Shown: positions 48,944 to 62,656, numbered from the whole stretch's first letter. The stretch is 63,942 bases of DNA, filler included, from Lenisia limosa (GCA_001655205.1; 11 parts of 11 records of this genome joined end to end with filler, not necessarily neighbours in it), one strand, 5' to 3'. Notes: generated by a model not told the origin, from the sequence alone. A program made the numbers and translations.

Positions 48944-51900
48944 ATGGCAGACCAATCAGATGCTCGGCTTGAGGCTCTCAAAGGACTCGGTTCGTAACCT
49001 CTCAAAGCTCCTTCAGGCTTACTCTCTTCAGATATGTTCTCAGATGACAATTTGCCGTTGGCAAAGGCCTTCCTCCGTTTTGCTAAGAAGAAGGATGTCG
49101 ACTACACCACCGCGGTGGGTTTGGAGATCCAGTCATCCGTATCCTTCTTAACTGGGCTCTTAACCACTCTTCTTGCATTTCAAAACGACCAACATTGGCT
49201 TTTGAAACCGTGCAATTGTTTTGTTTGTCTTTCTTCTTTTCCTTGGTGTTTCACAAAGCAACTCCGAACAATTTTTTGAATGACAAAATTTGAAATTAAA
49301 GAGTCGGAACGAAGTTCTGGTTACAGTATGTCCCCTCTTCAAATTTCACAAATAATTTTACAATTAATTTCACAATTGATTGCACTGAGTCCCATTTTTT
49401 ATTGCGTATGCTGGGAAGGCTTACAGAAAGCTGTGTACAGCGTTGTACAAATTGGGGGAATTATACTACATTCATATCTAATAGAAGCATGATGATGTGC
49501 ACGGCATCGGCCTGATACAAGCTTGTTTTATATCTAATTTCTGTCTAATTGCGTGAATGCTGAACCCCATCCACGCATTCTGGAGTTCTGGTATTTGGGC
49601 TGGAGGCAGGGTTTTGGCTTGTCTAAAGGGGTGGCTCTTTAAAAAAACGTATGTTGTTGCAAAAAATAACCTTTTATTTTTTAATTTTGTTCATAAAAAT
49701 ACCACTTTTATCACTTTTTATAGACGTTGACACCCCCTTTTTAGATAAGCCGGGTTTTTTGTGTGATGTTTTGTGATTACTGGGTTTTAGTATACCACCC
49801 CAATTCATTGCGAAAAGGACATAATAGCAAAAGAGCGAGTAATCTTTATGATCCTAGTTTCAATGAGACTTCAGTGCAAATAGTGCGAGTGAACATACCA
49901 CATTAAATGTAATCTTTTTTTTTTTTTTCGGGTAACGCACAACATTTGAAATGTGTCAAGTATTCGGCTTCCCTGCGGGCGAAAAAGACGGTGAAAATCT
50001 CGATAGTTTCCCAGGATTATTGACAAATTCGTCTTTTTTGAGACCGTAGAGAAGCACATGTCAAGTACGTTAAAAGGATCATAATAATGCCGAAGCCGTC
50101 CAAATCGTCTCGTTTATTAGGCCTTGTTTGTTTTGTTTATTAAAACCCTTTTGTGTTATTGGTAGAGTTTGTATTTCTGTGTTTGTTTCCAATTTGAACA
50201 ATTTTTTTTGAGCGGATAGGTTTCTTTCCTTTTTGCTGATATCCAAGAATTATTGAAAATTCACAGCAACTTACGAAATTAGACGAAATTCACTGTCACG
50301 GACACTAACACCGGAGTGGTCACTTCAAAAGTGGTGTCCTTGGCGCCAGAACTTGAGGTCTGGGCTCTATTCCATATAAGGAAAGATTGAAGTGTTATTG
50401 CCATATTAGGAAGAGATAGTACAATGTTACTNNNNNNNNNNNNNNNNNNNNNNNNNNNNNNNNNNNNNNNNNNNNNNNNNTGTAGATGTGACAGCAGACG
50501 CCCTCGAAGGACATCCGGTTGCCTGCAATCTAATGACTGACACAAACACCATTATGGGGCTTATGGGGGGCAGTCTTGACCCCATGACTGCCATGTTCTC
50601 AGGTATGTTGTTGGTTGGGCTTTCTTACGGTCCTAAAAAGACCGGGTAAAAGCGATATTTATCGAGGATTTATCGAGAAATTCAGTCTATTTTGGGACCG
50701 TAGGGAGCCCATAGTTGTTGGTCAAAAAGTGTTAACTTCTATAGTGTGCATTGCAAATTATGATATATATAGAGTTGTTTTTTTATTTCTTCCAGGAATG
50801 CTGATGGTAGACGACTTAACCGCTATTACCATGTTTATTGCCTCTTTTGACTTCTCAATGGAAACCTTCCAAGCCTGTTGGGGGAGGGGGGGGGGGNNNN
50901 NNNNNNNNNNNNNNNNNNNNNNNNNNNNNNNNNNNNNNNNNNNNNNNNNNNNNNNNNNNNNNNNNNNNNNNNNNNNNNNNNNNNNNNNNNNNNNNNNNNN
51001 NNNNNNNNNNNNNATAACAAACACTACATTAAAAAATACTCATTATAACATACAAATTTTGACTTCTAGTCTTGGACCAACACGGCGAACTTTTTGATGG
51101 TGCTAAAACCGCGGAAGATGATGCTGAAAGTGGGGGAAAGGGGTATAACTACAATACTAAGGCAAAAGATGAGGTGAATTATTATACTTTAATCCAACAT
51201 CTCTTATACGTGGTGGTGTGGACGGCTCAGCCAGATACTATAATTCAATATATCTTATAAGCGTGATGGTGTAGGCGGCTTCGGCCAGATTTAAGCTTGT
51301 TTTTTTTTCTTCTCATTGTTATACTATACTACTACATATCGATCAGAAATACTTATAACATATGATATGCATATAGGTACAGGTATTATATAATATGTGA
51401 TATATACGGTTGAAACTGATTTTTCAGAAACTGAGGAAGGCGGAGAACAAACCGGGCCTAAGAAGCCCTCAGGAACCTTCGCAGTTTTCAAGCAGGAGGT
51501 TGGGGGGGGGGGGGGNNNNNNNNNNNNNNNNNNNNNNNNNNNNNNNNNNNNNNNNNNNNNNNNNNNNNNNNNNNNNNNNNNNNNNNNNNNNNNNNNNNNN
51601 NNNNNNNNNNNNNNNNNNNNNNNNNNNNNNNNNNNNNNNNNNNNNNNNNNNNNNNNNNNNNNNNNNNNNNNNNNNNNNNNNNNNNNNNNNNNNNNNNNNN
51701 NNNNNNNNNNNNNNNNNNNNNNNNNNNNNNNNNNNNNNNNNNNNNNNNNNNNNNNNNNNNNNNNNNNNNNNNNNNNNNTCTATCTTATTTTGTTATTTTT
51801 ATTCGCTTATGGAGTTTCAAATATTTTGCTATACTTACCTGCTTTAGGGTTCTCAATGCTATTTTTACTTGCTTAGGGGTTCGCAGTGGTTGGTAGGTCC

Positions 51901-51945
51901 GTCTCTAAGGGCTACGAGAAGTTGAAAACCAATGAAAAGTTTGTG
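48944..51945 (+). CDS. Protein with SCP2-like sterol/lipid-binding domain
   Basis: MADQSDARLEALKGL|DMFSDD... (42-nt intron 48990-49031), TKFTVTDTNTGVVTSKVVSLAPELE, CNLMTDTNTIMGLMGGSLDPMTAMFS|GMLMVDDLTAITMF resembles the SCP2 motif GxLDPxxAFxxGxLxVxGD. Confidence 0.55.
49964..50058. mobile_element. MITE family A, type II, degenerate
   Basis: GGCTTCCCTGCGGG...GAGACCGTAGAGAAGC around the family core. Confidence 0.6.
50616..50713. mobile_element. MITE family A, type II
   Basis: GGGCTTTCTTACGGTCC...GAGAAATTCAGTCT...GGGACCGTAGGGAGCCC; flanking direct repeat GTTGTTGGT. Confidence 0.8.
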
Positions 51946-52179
51946 GTGCAGTGTGGGTATAGGGAGGGGGGTGTAATACTACTTCTGGGATGCACGCAGA
52001 TCAGGCAAATGCAAATGTTTGGGTGAATAATATGCTGGGGACGCACGCAGAAAGCTGAGTACACAGAATTGTAAAGCAAATTGTTGGGTGAATTAATATT
52101 ATACTATAATCCAATATCTCTTATAAGCGTGATAGTATGGACGGCACCTTTTTTTTTCCTCATTGCTATATACTATTGT

Positions 52180-52279
52180 NNNNNNNNNNNNNNNNNNNNN
52201 NNNNNNNNNNNNNNNNNNNNNNNTTAATTAATTAANNNNNNNNNNNNNNNNNNNNNNNNNNNNNNNNNNNNNNNNNNNN
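52180..52279. other. Artificial contig-join spacer
   Basis: 44N-TTAATTAATTAA-44N. Confidence 0.97.
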
Positions 52280-53130
52280 AAGTGATGTCTCCACTACAAG
52301 GGTAATTTATCAGCTTGAATAATCAAATGATCCAAATTACGAAAAAAACGAAGTTATCAGGCAATTATGTGCAATTCAATCAAGGGTGTGATCAGTTCGG
52401 TGAATACCATAGCACAATTGGCTCATACACAGCCCCTGCCTACTCAGTTACGGCCAGAGTCTTCTCATGGATTTCCACAAAGTTCAAGATTGCTTGGGCG
52501 TCCAGAATTGATTTGCTTTCGTCTTCTTTTTCGAGAATAATGACCTGGACGCGAGGAATCTGAGGGGGGGTGAGATTGGAATGTATGTAAAGAGGAGTCG
52601 CAGTAAATTTGAGTTGTGTAAGTGAGGGGCGAAATAAATGCAGGGAATAAGCCCCTCTCCTACTTCAACAAAGTATTCGGTCATATGGTCACCATTTTGA
52701 CTTTCCTCAGTGCCAGGAGGAATCCACAGTTCACCATTGTCGGTCTGATAAATTAAGCAAATTTATTGAAATTGAATCTGGTTGCAAAGTGCATCAACAA
52801 TGTTCCAAGCTTCCTTTAAATATATATAGTATATTTGTCAAAAATATATCAACAAAATACTGAACTCACTTCGAAGTGGAATAGAGCAAGTCCTGGAAGC
52901 AACAAGAGAAAGAGCAGGCAGTAGGAGCAGATTGAGCACCTAAAAGGAGGATGAAAATAATTTCAACAAATAGATAAAAAGCAATAACAACATAGAAGTA
53001 TATCCATCCATGGCAAAACCCATGCATACCATGGACGTCTTGCATGGAACTTGCCAAGTTTGTAGTAGCGTTTGCGGACGGCATCATTGATGCTGACCAT
53101 GAAGCCCTCATATCCTTCATATACGCCCAT
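52280..53130 (-). CDS. Patched/NPC1-family membrane protein, N-terminal part
   Basis: In-frame spliced RYYKLGKFHARRPW|CSICSYCLLFLLLLPGLALFHFE|TDNGELWIPPGTEE...EYF|IPRVQVII resembles the family motif FYxLGxxxAxxPW...ETDxxxLWxP. Confidence 0.7.
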
Positions 53131-54649
53131 CTGGAAAGTGAAACAAACAGAAAAATAGGATTGCCTGATTCAAAAAACAAAACGCAGTGTTTGTGGATAA
53201 TGAAATCATGCACAATAATCCGTGCATGACGTGTCAAATGACTGAAAAGGAGCCACATGGAAAGGGAATACAATCAAGTCAATTCAAAGAAATTCCTAAC
53301 CTTTTATAGAAAGCTATGAAAGATCTGGTAAGAAGGAATCAAAAGGGTCTTAAGAGGATGTGAGAGAAAAGTGGCTTTCTTAAAGGGCGTTTTCAAAGCT
53401 TGAAGTGACCAAACTAACTACTATTAAAACAAATAAAAAATAAAACCACTAAATATAGCAAAAAAGCCCCTTAAATAGTCCAGGAAAGCTCTCGGAAACA
53501 CAAATCTTCCATTCCAGAGGTGAGAGAAACTTCCTTTTGTGGACCAACTTCGGATGAATTATTTTGCTCTCTCCAAGGCTGTTTGGCGGCAAATATTATT
53601 AATATAATATAGTTAACTTGATTACATAAACGATATACTACGGTGAATTCTTGAAGAGGACCTGTGGAGTTTGATGTCGGATAATTTATTTCCAAGACTA
53701 TCCGGTCGGACAATTATGGCGGACAATTTTTGACTATGACCCATCATTCAGGCCTTCTTCCTGCTTCTGTCTGCGCGCAAGAATATTCTGTCTTCTTGCT
53801 TTTCCTTCCAGTTGCGCCACAGTTGCGCTTTCTTCGAGGCTCGTTTTTTCTCTCAGCTTTGCAGTCTTGCCTCTTTCTTTCTTTTTTGTTGCTTTTTTGA
53901 TTGCAATGTTCATTATTGTGAGTTATTCAAGTTATATCGTTATATCGTCAGAGAACTGTCATAGAATTATTGTATCAGCATTTCAATCTCTATGTGTTTT
54001 ACTACCAGCATTACTCTCATCATCAACTGTTAAATGGTCTTCCTACTTTTAAGGATTCGATTTGTAATACTATGATACTATGTGTCTCTTAGATCGGGGT
54101 GTCTTGCGCATCATCATCCAACATCATCATTACGAGAAGGTTGCCACTTTTCCTAATCGATCACATTTCACTGTGATGGGAATTACATCAATTTTTATAA
54201 AAAAACAAATGGAGTACATTATACTGAAGAATAAGGTGAGTAATAGGGTCCGGTCCGTTTTATGATGTAAAATAAGTTCGTAACTCCGATGTAAGAAGGG
54301 GAAGGAATGAAATCAAATGACTCCGATATTGTGTGTTTCTTCAAAATGTCCTGTTTTGGTGAACTCACACAATAATACTAAATAAAAACGGGGAAAACAA
54401 GATTAAAACAGCAACAACAGGATCTAGTCCTTAGAACACAAAACTGCAGTGTAGGCTTTGTTAATTGGCCCTCTTGCACATTCGTTTGTGTACCCACCAA
54501 GGGAGAAATCGGGTGTGACTGAGGCAAATTTGATTCCATCTAAATGATCAACACTAAATTCCAATACAAAAGTGGGTATCTCATGAATTTCGAGATAGTT
54601 TTTCTAATTCACCCAATACACCCACTGCAACTGCTACAGTCTCCAGAAT

Positions 54650-55555
54650 AGTAAGTTAACCAGTAGTAAATCTCAAAGTCATTGTTGGCCTTGTAGCTCT
54701 GGTAGTTTGGCCATAACCTATTGCGTGAAACTTTGACAATGTCTACATAATTATTCAAAAAAAAAACATATATTACAGTAAATATATTATTATAAGAAAA
54801 ATCGATCACGACTTACCATACTGTACATACAACATGTACGTACATATACTATGGATATCGATATGTACTCGTCCAAATTAATTTATTCAGTGACAATCAT
54901 TAACGAGACATTGATAAGCTTGGCACAGTACACTCCCAAATTCCATTGAGTAACCCGACTTACTTGGTGAGAGACTCAGGGTTGTATATGGCCACTAAAT
55001 AAGTTAATTTGTCACATGTAAGTCAAGATTGCTGACATGATAGATAAAAAGATCAGATAAAGATATTTAAGATTGAAAGATGAGAGATGATAATTCTAGA
55101 ACATGGGGTTGTAGAGTACAGGAAGAGCCCCTCCCCACAATTCGCAATAGCATTAAAGCCCGGATTGGTGCATCCCGAGTGGTTAATGAGACGGAGGAGA
55201 AAGACTCCCATAAAGGCTGAAAGCGTCAGGTCGAATGTTGGGGTTCAATCAAATTCTGTCTTTGATACCAGTTGAATTTGATCGCACAATAAAGGAAAAT
55301 ATACAAACCACAAAGGCAAATATTACATACAACCATGACCATTGACGTGATGGTTCCCTCAGACTTTCATCGTAGTCGTAAAACGCTGGATAAGTCAGTT
55401 TGCAATCATGTAGAAATAGTCAACATTAAAAGGGACTTCCCAAAAAAATAACTCATAAATACAAACAGAGGCGAGATAAATAGCAAATCGCCCCTAACTG
55501 TGGGCCGAGGCAGGGTTGCAACCACATGCAGAACTCATGGACTGGTTGGTCAGAA
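54650..55555 (-). CDS. Hypothetical exon cluster
   Basis: AG/GT-bounded blocks HEFCMWLQPCLGP, FYDYDESLREPSRQW, DIVKVSRNRLWPNYQSYKANNDFEIYY. Confidence 0.3.
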
Positions 55556-55895
55556 AACACGGGTAAACACAAAAGGCCTAGCTTTGTACTAATGATTTAT
55601 AACTTCTTTTCTGTTTCCCCCGTGCCAATGGAGATATGGCTGTTTTTCAGGAGGTAACATACCCATTGTTTGTAATGATGAACAATTGCGGCAGCCCCAT
55701 GTGTTGTGATCTAAATCATAAGTATGAAATTAACGAGACATGCAAAAAGCCATAATGCTGGTATTTCAAGAGATACTATTACGAGCCACCCCTTCCCCAG
55801 GGTTTCAATTTAGGTAATATTATATATTTGTGGGGATCTGCAATTAACAGAAACAGAAACATCAAGTGAAGAAGAAGATGATAAANNNNNNNNNN

Positions 55896-56800
55896 AGAAG
55901 TAGCAGTGGCTAAACGGGCCTTTGAGATGTCAAAAATGGCAGGTTTATCGGAAGCTGTTTGCTCAATGGCGTCGACAGCTGCAATTGCAGCTTTGAATTC
56001 AAGATCTCCAACCCATGTCTGCGACGTACTCTGTAAAGTTTCCGCACTTGCAGGAGGATTCAGTGAGGAAGAAGCACACCAAGCCAGCTTGCACGCCAGC
56101 AGTTCTGTTGAATTAGGAGCTTTGGACATCCCACATGACAAATCTGTCCGTATTCTCTGGGTGACCCCAGGCTTAAAAACGGCGGAAATCAGGGATGACC
56201 AAGTTATTGTTACCAAGAACGTTCTTCAGCAGAGGAAGCCGAGACAAAAGAAGGTGGATACAAAGCAGGGTGCAACGCTTGGTCCCGAGACAATTGATGC
56301 CACTGGTGGAGCAGAAGAAGTCAGGAAACGACAATTGGTTCGAAATGGAGGTAAGCCATTTGAACAATAAAATAATGATCTTTAGAAGGAGGAAATGGAC
56401 GAGGACGAGGCCATGGAAGGGGAAGAGGAAGGGAAAGAGGAAGGATTGATAGGTAAGAGAATACTGAGCATGTCTAACTTTCAGAAAACCAACGTCTTGG
56501 CACAACTGACAATAACGCACCTCAAGTTGAAACACAAAAAAGTTGGCTTCGAATTGTCACTCATATCTCTAGCAGTTGGTAGAACACGAGGAAGGCACCT
56601 AGCAATGGGGATGGAATATTTTCGGATCCTGAAGACAACAGTATTTCGTCATTTTAAATTGATTAAGAAATTTGTGGGGATCTGCAATTAACAGAAACAG
56701 AAACATCAAGTGAAGAAGAAGATGATAAACCCGCCATGTTGTTTAATCAAGTCCAAAAACAAAACGTTACAGAAGGTGGGTGGTTCTCTTGCTTGATAAC
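55896..56800 (+). CDS. Hypothetical protein (154-aa ORF plus acidic segments)
   Basis: ORF 55906-56370 AKRAFEMSKMAGLSEAVCS...; followed by MDEDEAMEGEEEGKEE; bounded by 10-N gaps. Confidence 0.4.
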
Positions 56801-57589
56801 CCCCTCTTATTTGTCTCAGTGAGAGTGACGGCAACTCGTNNNNNNNNNNCACAGATATCTAAAAAAACACAGATAAATGGACGGTGTGATATGTAGTATA
56901 TTACTATGTAGAAATAAGACAGCATAGTATAGTAACGTAAAAGTGATCAGTGAAAGTAGCAGAGGTAAAAGTTGCATAGGTAAAAGTAGCATACTTGGCA
57001 AAGGTATAAGTGGTCTAGCCCCAACCTAATATGTCAAAGATAGCAAAAGTAGTCACTTTGACACCTTCACCATGAGGCATGAAAACGGTTAAGTCGATTT
57101 CATAAACTACAGAGTGAGCAAATGTTTGAGCAATGAATTGCGAAATTCAGCAAATAATTGATAAACTACACCTCCCACACAATCTCTTTCTTCAGGAGTC
57201 TGGATTCCAACCCACCTTTTGAAGATGCATTTAAATAGAAACCCACGTATTTTTACTTGGTCTTAACAGGCTTGGNNNNNNNNNNGCTACAATATTTTAA
57301 AAAATATCAGTGAATATCAGTTTTGGGCCGCAAAGAGTGAAATCGCGCAGTAAAATCAATACAAGGGAACTTTTGTTTTATCATTTTTGACAATTCATAA
57401 AAAAACACAGATATCGAAAAAAACACAGATAAAAGGACGGTGTGATATATTATCTTTACTAACTATTGATGGAATTCGTATAATTGAGACAACCGCCTCA
57501 TACAAAACGTTGGAATAATGACCACATTAAAAATTTTCGGAATTCAAGCAAAAACAATCCCTCGCTTATGTTATTATGAAGAAATCCAA

Positions 57590-59195
57590 CCTCAGTTGCG
57601 AAGTGGGCAAGGAAAGCGTGACGATAGGCATTGGTACGGTCAACGAGGTTCGTAACCTTAAGACAATAAGTGAAAACGGATACTAAGAATAGTAAAAAAG
57701 AAAAAAAAAGTAATATTATAAAAATATACATAGTAGAGCATATCATGTCGGTATATCGTATGAAGAAACGGAGAAAGTTGAAACTCGCCCACCGAGAAAC
57801 CTGGTGCACATGCATTGCTTGCAGGCTTGCCAAGGAATGGGGTGGGATCAGCAATGTTCGTCGAACTAAAATCGTGAGTACATTATGCTGTACTAGGAAT
57901 TTGAGATTCTAACAAAGGGTCCACTTTAAGAAAAAAGACCAGGGATATAATTACATGTACACGTATGTAGAACCGAGCAATTAAAAAAAGAGATTTGACA
58001 GACGGTGTGTCAAATACCAATCATTATCAAGGGTTTCAAACAATATTCCTTCAAATTGAAGTCCCTGCCCCCATTCACTTTAAAAGGCAATGAACAGTTG
58101 CAGTCAATGAGTCGTCAAGATATACGGACGTAGCCTCGTACCCCTCAGTGCATCCTTGGCTAAATGGGTTACATTGAATCATCTATTTTTTCTGGATATT
58201 GGAAACTTTCTTGCATTTTATGAGGTTGCGCCTTGCTCTAACACGAGGAAACGCGAAACATCATTTCTCTTTGATTAAGTTGAGCAAAATAGCCCTTGTA
58301 TCTTTGAAAAGAGAAGGGTCTTATAGGCAATTTCCAAGATAGTAAAAAGCTGACTTTGCAACACTATTGTCTGCGAAAATCGAGGTGATGGCTTCCCATG
58401 ACTTGCCGTCTGAGAGGATAAGTATAATATCAGATAAAAGCTCCCAAATAAAGAGAAACAAGTCATCGTCATAAGGCTTCTTCACCCTATCCACAGACGT
58501 TCAATGTTGCCCCCCCCCCCACTGCAATATTGCAAATGTGGCTCCACACCAAAGGCAGAATGTTGTCTGATCTCTCCAACAGAATTTGAATCACAGGTCG
58601 GGCTGAGGGGGGTAAGTATGATTGAGAATAACGACAAAACCTACGATACTAAGTACCAATGAAACTGACAATTGTTATAACAGTGACGCGGTGTGTAGCT
58701 ACCATATTTCCCATTTGAATATCGTATTCGGTTTTATTTATCATATCAAATAATAGACACATGTCCTCTCACAGGGTTGAAGTGGTGAGCTTTACTGCAT
58801 CCAAATGAACCGAGTCAGTTGTGACCCTGAAGTGATGAAAGGGGAGTATCGAGAAACCAAAATTACAATAAGCCCATAAACTCTGTTGGCAAGAACCACA
58901 ACAACAAAACAAACAAAGGCCAAGCCAGTCGCCTCTGAAGCAAACCATAGCGCAAAATACCCAAAACAAATTTCCCCAACACACAGTTCTAGGAGGCTAA
59001 CGAAAATATAGAAATGAGAAATATAATGATAGTATTCATTCTTATACACATGATATCGAAATGCTCTCAAAGAACAGTGAAACCTGCACACTTGGTTGCA
59101 GTGACAATGGGAATGTCGGCAGAGGGAGCAATCAGATTGATATCCACAGCAACTGCCTGCAACTTTGTCAAAGCAAGAGACGAGAGGATCGCTAG
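57590..59195 (-). CDS. Hypothetical multi-exon gene
   Basis: Exons AILSSLALTKLQAVAVDINLIAPSADIPIVTATK, VTTDSVHLDAVKLTTST, RPVIQILLERSDNILPL, DGKSWEAITSIFADNSVAK, VTNLVDRTNAYRHAFLAHFATE. Confidence 0.45.
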
Positions 59196-59703
59196 GTGAG
59201 ATTTGTTCACTGTTCACCAAAAGCATACATGCAATTACATCAATTCCCCTCTCACATCATTATGAATACTGATCGAAGCTAAAGTAAAACTGAGGAGGGT
59301 GATGACCAACCACACTAACATAGTGATTGGTATTTAGCGAGATTATGAGATACTTTTTGTTTACCGCTTGTTTACGCTTGTACTCGTTGTTTTTGTGGTT
59401 GGATTGGTTGGATGTGGGGTTTTGGGTTTGTGTGTAATTAATTATGTGTATAAACAACAAACTGCGAAAAACAGCAACTATCCGTAATACCCCCACTATA
59501 ATTTTTTATATAAGTGAAAACAGCGGGAAACTGTATGAGAATAAGTTGAAAAAAGAAACTATTTGCGCAATAAGCAGCACACCAGCCACATATTTTTTAT
59601 TTTTTATTTCTTCAAAAAGAACGAAGGTTAGATCTTGTCACACTACCTCAATGACCCCCTCTTCATGACATATCAACGCTATACGGTGTTTAAGTAATTT
59701 CCA

Positions 59704-61920
59704 ATGGGACGACCAGTCCCAAATCTCAAAGACCGCCCCCCTCCACTAAGTAGCACTTCAAGTTCTCCTTCGAAGTCCCCTCAAGTCACCCCTCCGTCCA
59801 CTCCTGTCAGGATAAACCGAGCTCCAAAGTCTCCAGGTTTACAAGACCTCAAGGATGAAGATAAAAGTGATCTTGGTGCACCCCCAGCCTTCCCCATAAG
59901 TGCGATCGCGGAGGATGAAGAAGAAGGGTTTGCGAGGTTTAACATTATGCATTCTGATATTTGTTGCGCTATTTACAAGGATTGTGATTCACAATTAAAT
60001 TTTTTGACCTCATCACCTGTTTTTTATGGTAATTCACGGTTTTTTTTTCAAATCACGGTTCTAAAATATTTGTCCTGTAACTCTTGGACTTTCTTTGCTT
60101 TATTTTTTTGTTCACACCCTTTCGTGTTGTCAAAAACTGAGCCAACAGGATTTTCGATTTCTTTTTCTTCAAAAGTTTTCTAGTTCACTCCCTCATTTAA
60201 TAGGAATACCAATGACGGGGTGGTCCAGGTTTCACGCAACACGAAGAACTTAGTAAAATGGTTAGTCGGGGTGGTGGTATTCAATGCTTTAAGGGATGGG
60301 GGTGAATCATACAGCAATATGATTGATTGGAATAATCTTCTGGCCAGATACAACCTTCGTTTTCCCCCTCATTGCTATATACATAATATATTATTATATA
60401 ATTTATTACCTCTGAGAAACGTGATGGTGTGAATGGCTTCGGCCTGGCACTCGTTGTTCATATCCATTCTACACACCCTCGTAACATCGGTCCTTATTAC
60501 ACCAGGCGAATTCCTCATGAAGTCGCATCCGAACACTCTGTTGAACCTGTACCTGCTAAAACACCCCTGAAGAGCAGGGTGAGCACTGGGCGTACTTTTG
60601 ATTTGGTTTTATTTGCTGTTCATTCACCTCCACATTCCCGCATTTACGAGTTTAGACTGCCTCACCTGGAAGGACCCCCATGCCACGGAAAAGACCAAGT
60701 TCCCCCAAGGCCCCGGGTAAAGATGCCTGGACAGAAGTGGGGGGAGGGGGGTGTACTGTTAGAGCAAACAGAATTGATTTTGGGATTTTTTTATTATTAT
60801 TGTTATGTTAAAGTTGTTCATTTTCACCCCCCCCCTCGTTGCTGNNNNNNNNNNNNNNNNNNNNNNNNNNNNNNNNNNNNNNNNNNNNNNNNNNNNNNNN
60901 NNNNNNNNNNNNNNNNNNNNNNNNNNNNNNNNNNNNNNNNNNNNNNNNNNNNNNNNNNNNNNNNNNNNNNNNNNNNNNNNNNNNNNNNNNNNNNNNNNNN
61001 NNNNNNNNNNNNNNNNNNNNNNNNNNNNNNNNNNNNNNNNNNNNNNNNNNNNNNNNNNNNCTAAGGGCCCATATTAGTAGGGTCCGTACTTTAAGTAATA
61101 CAGGTCATATTTATATAGCTATATTACTCAATTTACCCCATTCACCCATTCCCCCCAGGTCCCTTGATGAGCTGTACTACACCTGTGACTACGATCTATC
61201 AGTAGCTGGCTGTAATCGCGTTGTCGCCATTCTTGCGTCCGCGCAACAGGATTTTACTGCTGTGGGGGGGGGGGGNNNNNNNNNNNNNNNNNNNNNNNNN
61301 NNNNNNNNNNNNNNNNNNNNNNNNNNNNNNNNNNNNNNNNNNNNNNNNNNNNNNNNNNNNNNNNNNNNNNNNNNNNNNNNNNNNNNNNNNNNNNNNNNNN
61401 NNNNNNNNNNNNNNTTTTGGACCGTATTAGGGTGGCTTTAACTCCCCGTTCCTCCATGATTAGGGCTTCACCTCGGTTCGAAAAAAAGATTGAATATCTC
61501 TATAAATCCTCGATATATTTCTATATTTTGTCGGTCTTCATACCTGAGTGAAGCCCAATCCATGATGTGTATCGTTTTCATACCAGTTCAATTAACGCGT
61601 CCCGCTCTCGGGTAAAATCAAAGCTCAGGGCCAATTCGACACCCAGCTTGATGAGAGTTTTGGNNNNNNNNNNNNNNNNNNNNNNNNNNNNNNNNNNNNN
61701 NNNNNNNNNNNNNNNNNNNNNNNNNNNNNNNNNNNNNNNNNNNNNNNNNNNNNNNNNNNNNNNNNNNNNNNNNNNNNNNNNNNNNNNNNNNNNNNNNNNN
61801 NNNNNNNNNNNNNNNNNNNNCCCGGTCATCGTTTTCTAGCCCCACGGTCCCGACCAGCGGCCTGAAAGTTGCCTGGGAAGAAAGGAGGACGGCACAACCC
61901 ATTGCGCCTCGAAGCTTGGT
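59704..61920 (+). CDS. Hypothetical Ser/Pro-rich multi-exon protein
   Basis: MGRPVPNLKDRPPPLSS...EEEGFAR|RIPHEVASEH...KSR|TASPGRTPMPRKRP|...SLDELYYTCDYDLSVAGCNRVVAILAS|...; GT-AG ends. Confidence 0.5.
61461..61558. mobile_element. MITE family A, type I
   Basis: TIRs as above; perfect 8-bp TSD TCCATGAT. Confidence 0.88.
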
Positions 61921-62556
61921 AGGCAGTGAATTTGTGTTCTTAAATCGTACATACAAATGTTTAATGATATTATTGAAGAGACAGAGTTTGGAATGATCAT
62001 AAGTGTATATTGTTGAGAATATTTTGTGGAGACTTGAAGTGAGGAGCTTTGTTTCAGACTGAAATTTGCAATGGCATGAACACTGATTCCCGATTGTAAA
62101 TATTCCCTGATAAAATTGTCTTTTCTTACGTATCAGCAGGCAAGACCATCATCAGCCCCGTCAAAAGAATCGTCAATGTAGGCTCCCCCCCCCCCCTTAT
62201 TTTTATTTGGAGGGAGAGGGCGCCGCTGAATAATAGGACACATACTAAATAATATTCTCATTTTGCTACAAATTGTCATATTGTTTCCTTAACAATGAAT
62301 TGAGCAAAAGAACAACACTAAATCTTATCATTTACATTTCTGCTCTCTCCTGACATACCAACAATGAACAATATTCAATAATTATAGACATCATATATTA
62401 TTTTCAATGCTCCAACCATAAATGTTGGTGATACATCTTAAATAGAACTATATACATAATTAGAATCAATTCCACTCTCTTCACATTGCAGCCCCACATC
62501 GCAACAGAAAACACCACCACCGTTCCGACGGCGCACTATGTCCAGTGGCTCCGATG

Positions 62557-62656
62557 NNNNNNNNNNNNNNNNNNNNNNNNNNNNNNNNNNNNNNNNNNNN
62601 TTAATTAATTAANNNNNNNNNNNNNNNNNNNNNNNNNNNNNNNNNNNNNNNNNNNN
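62557..62656. other. Artificial contig-join spacer
   Basis: 44N-TTAATTAATTAA-44N. Confidence 0.97.

Noticed and set aside
48944-53130. Sterol-handling gene cluster (SCP2-like next to NPC1/Patched-like)
   Set aside because: The genes are on different contigs separated by the artificial spacer at 52180-52279.
55826-56729. 60-bp exact direct repeat (55826-55885 / 56670-56729) as LTRs
   Set aside because: No TG...CA ends or TSD; the first copy abuts a 10-N gap, so a scaffolding overlap or collapsed duplication is more likely (similar case at ~56855/57420).
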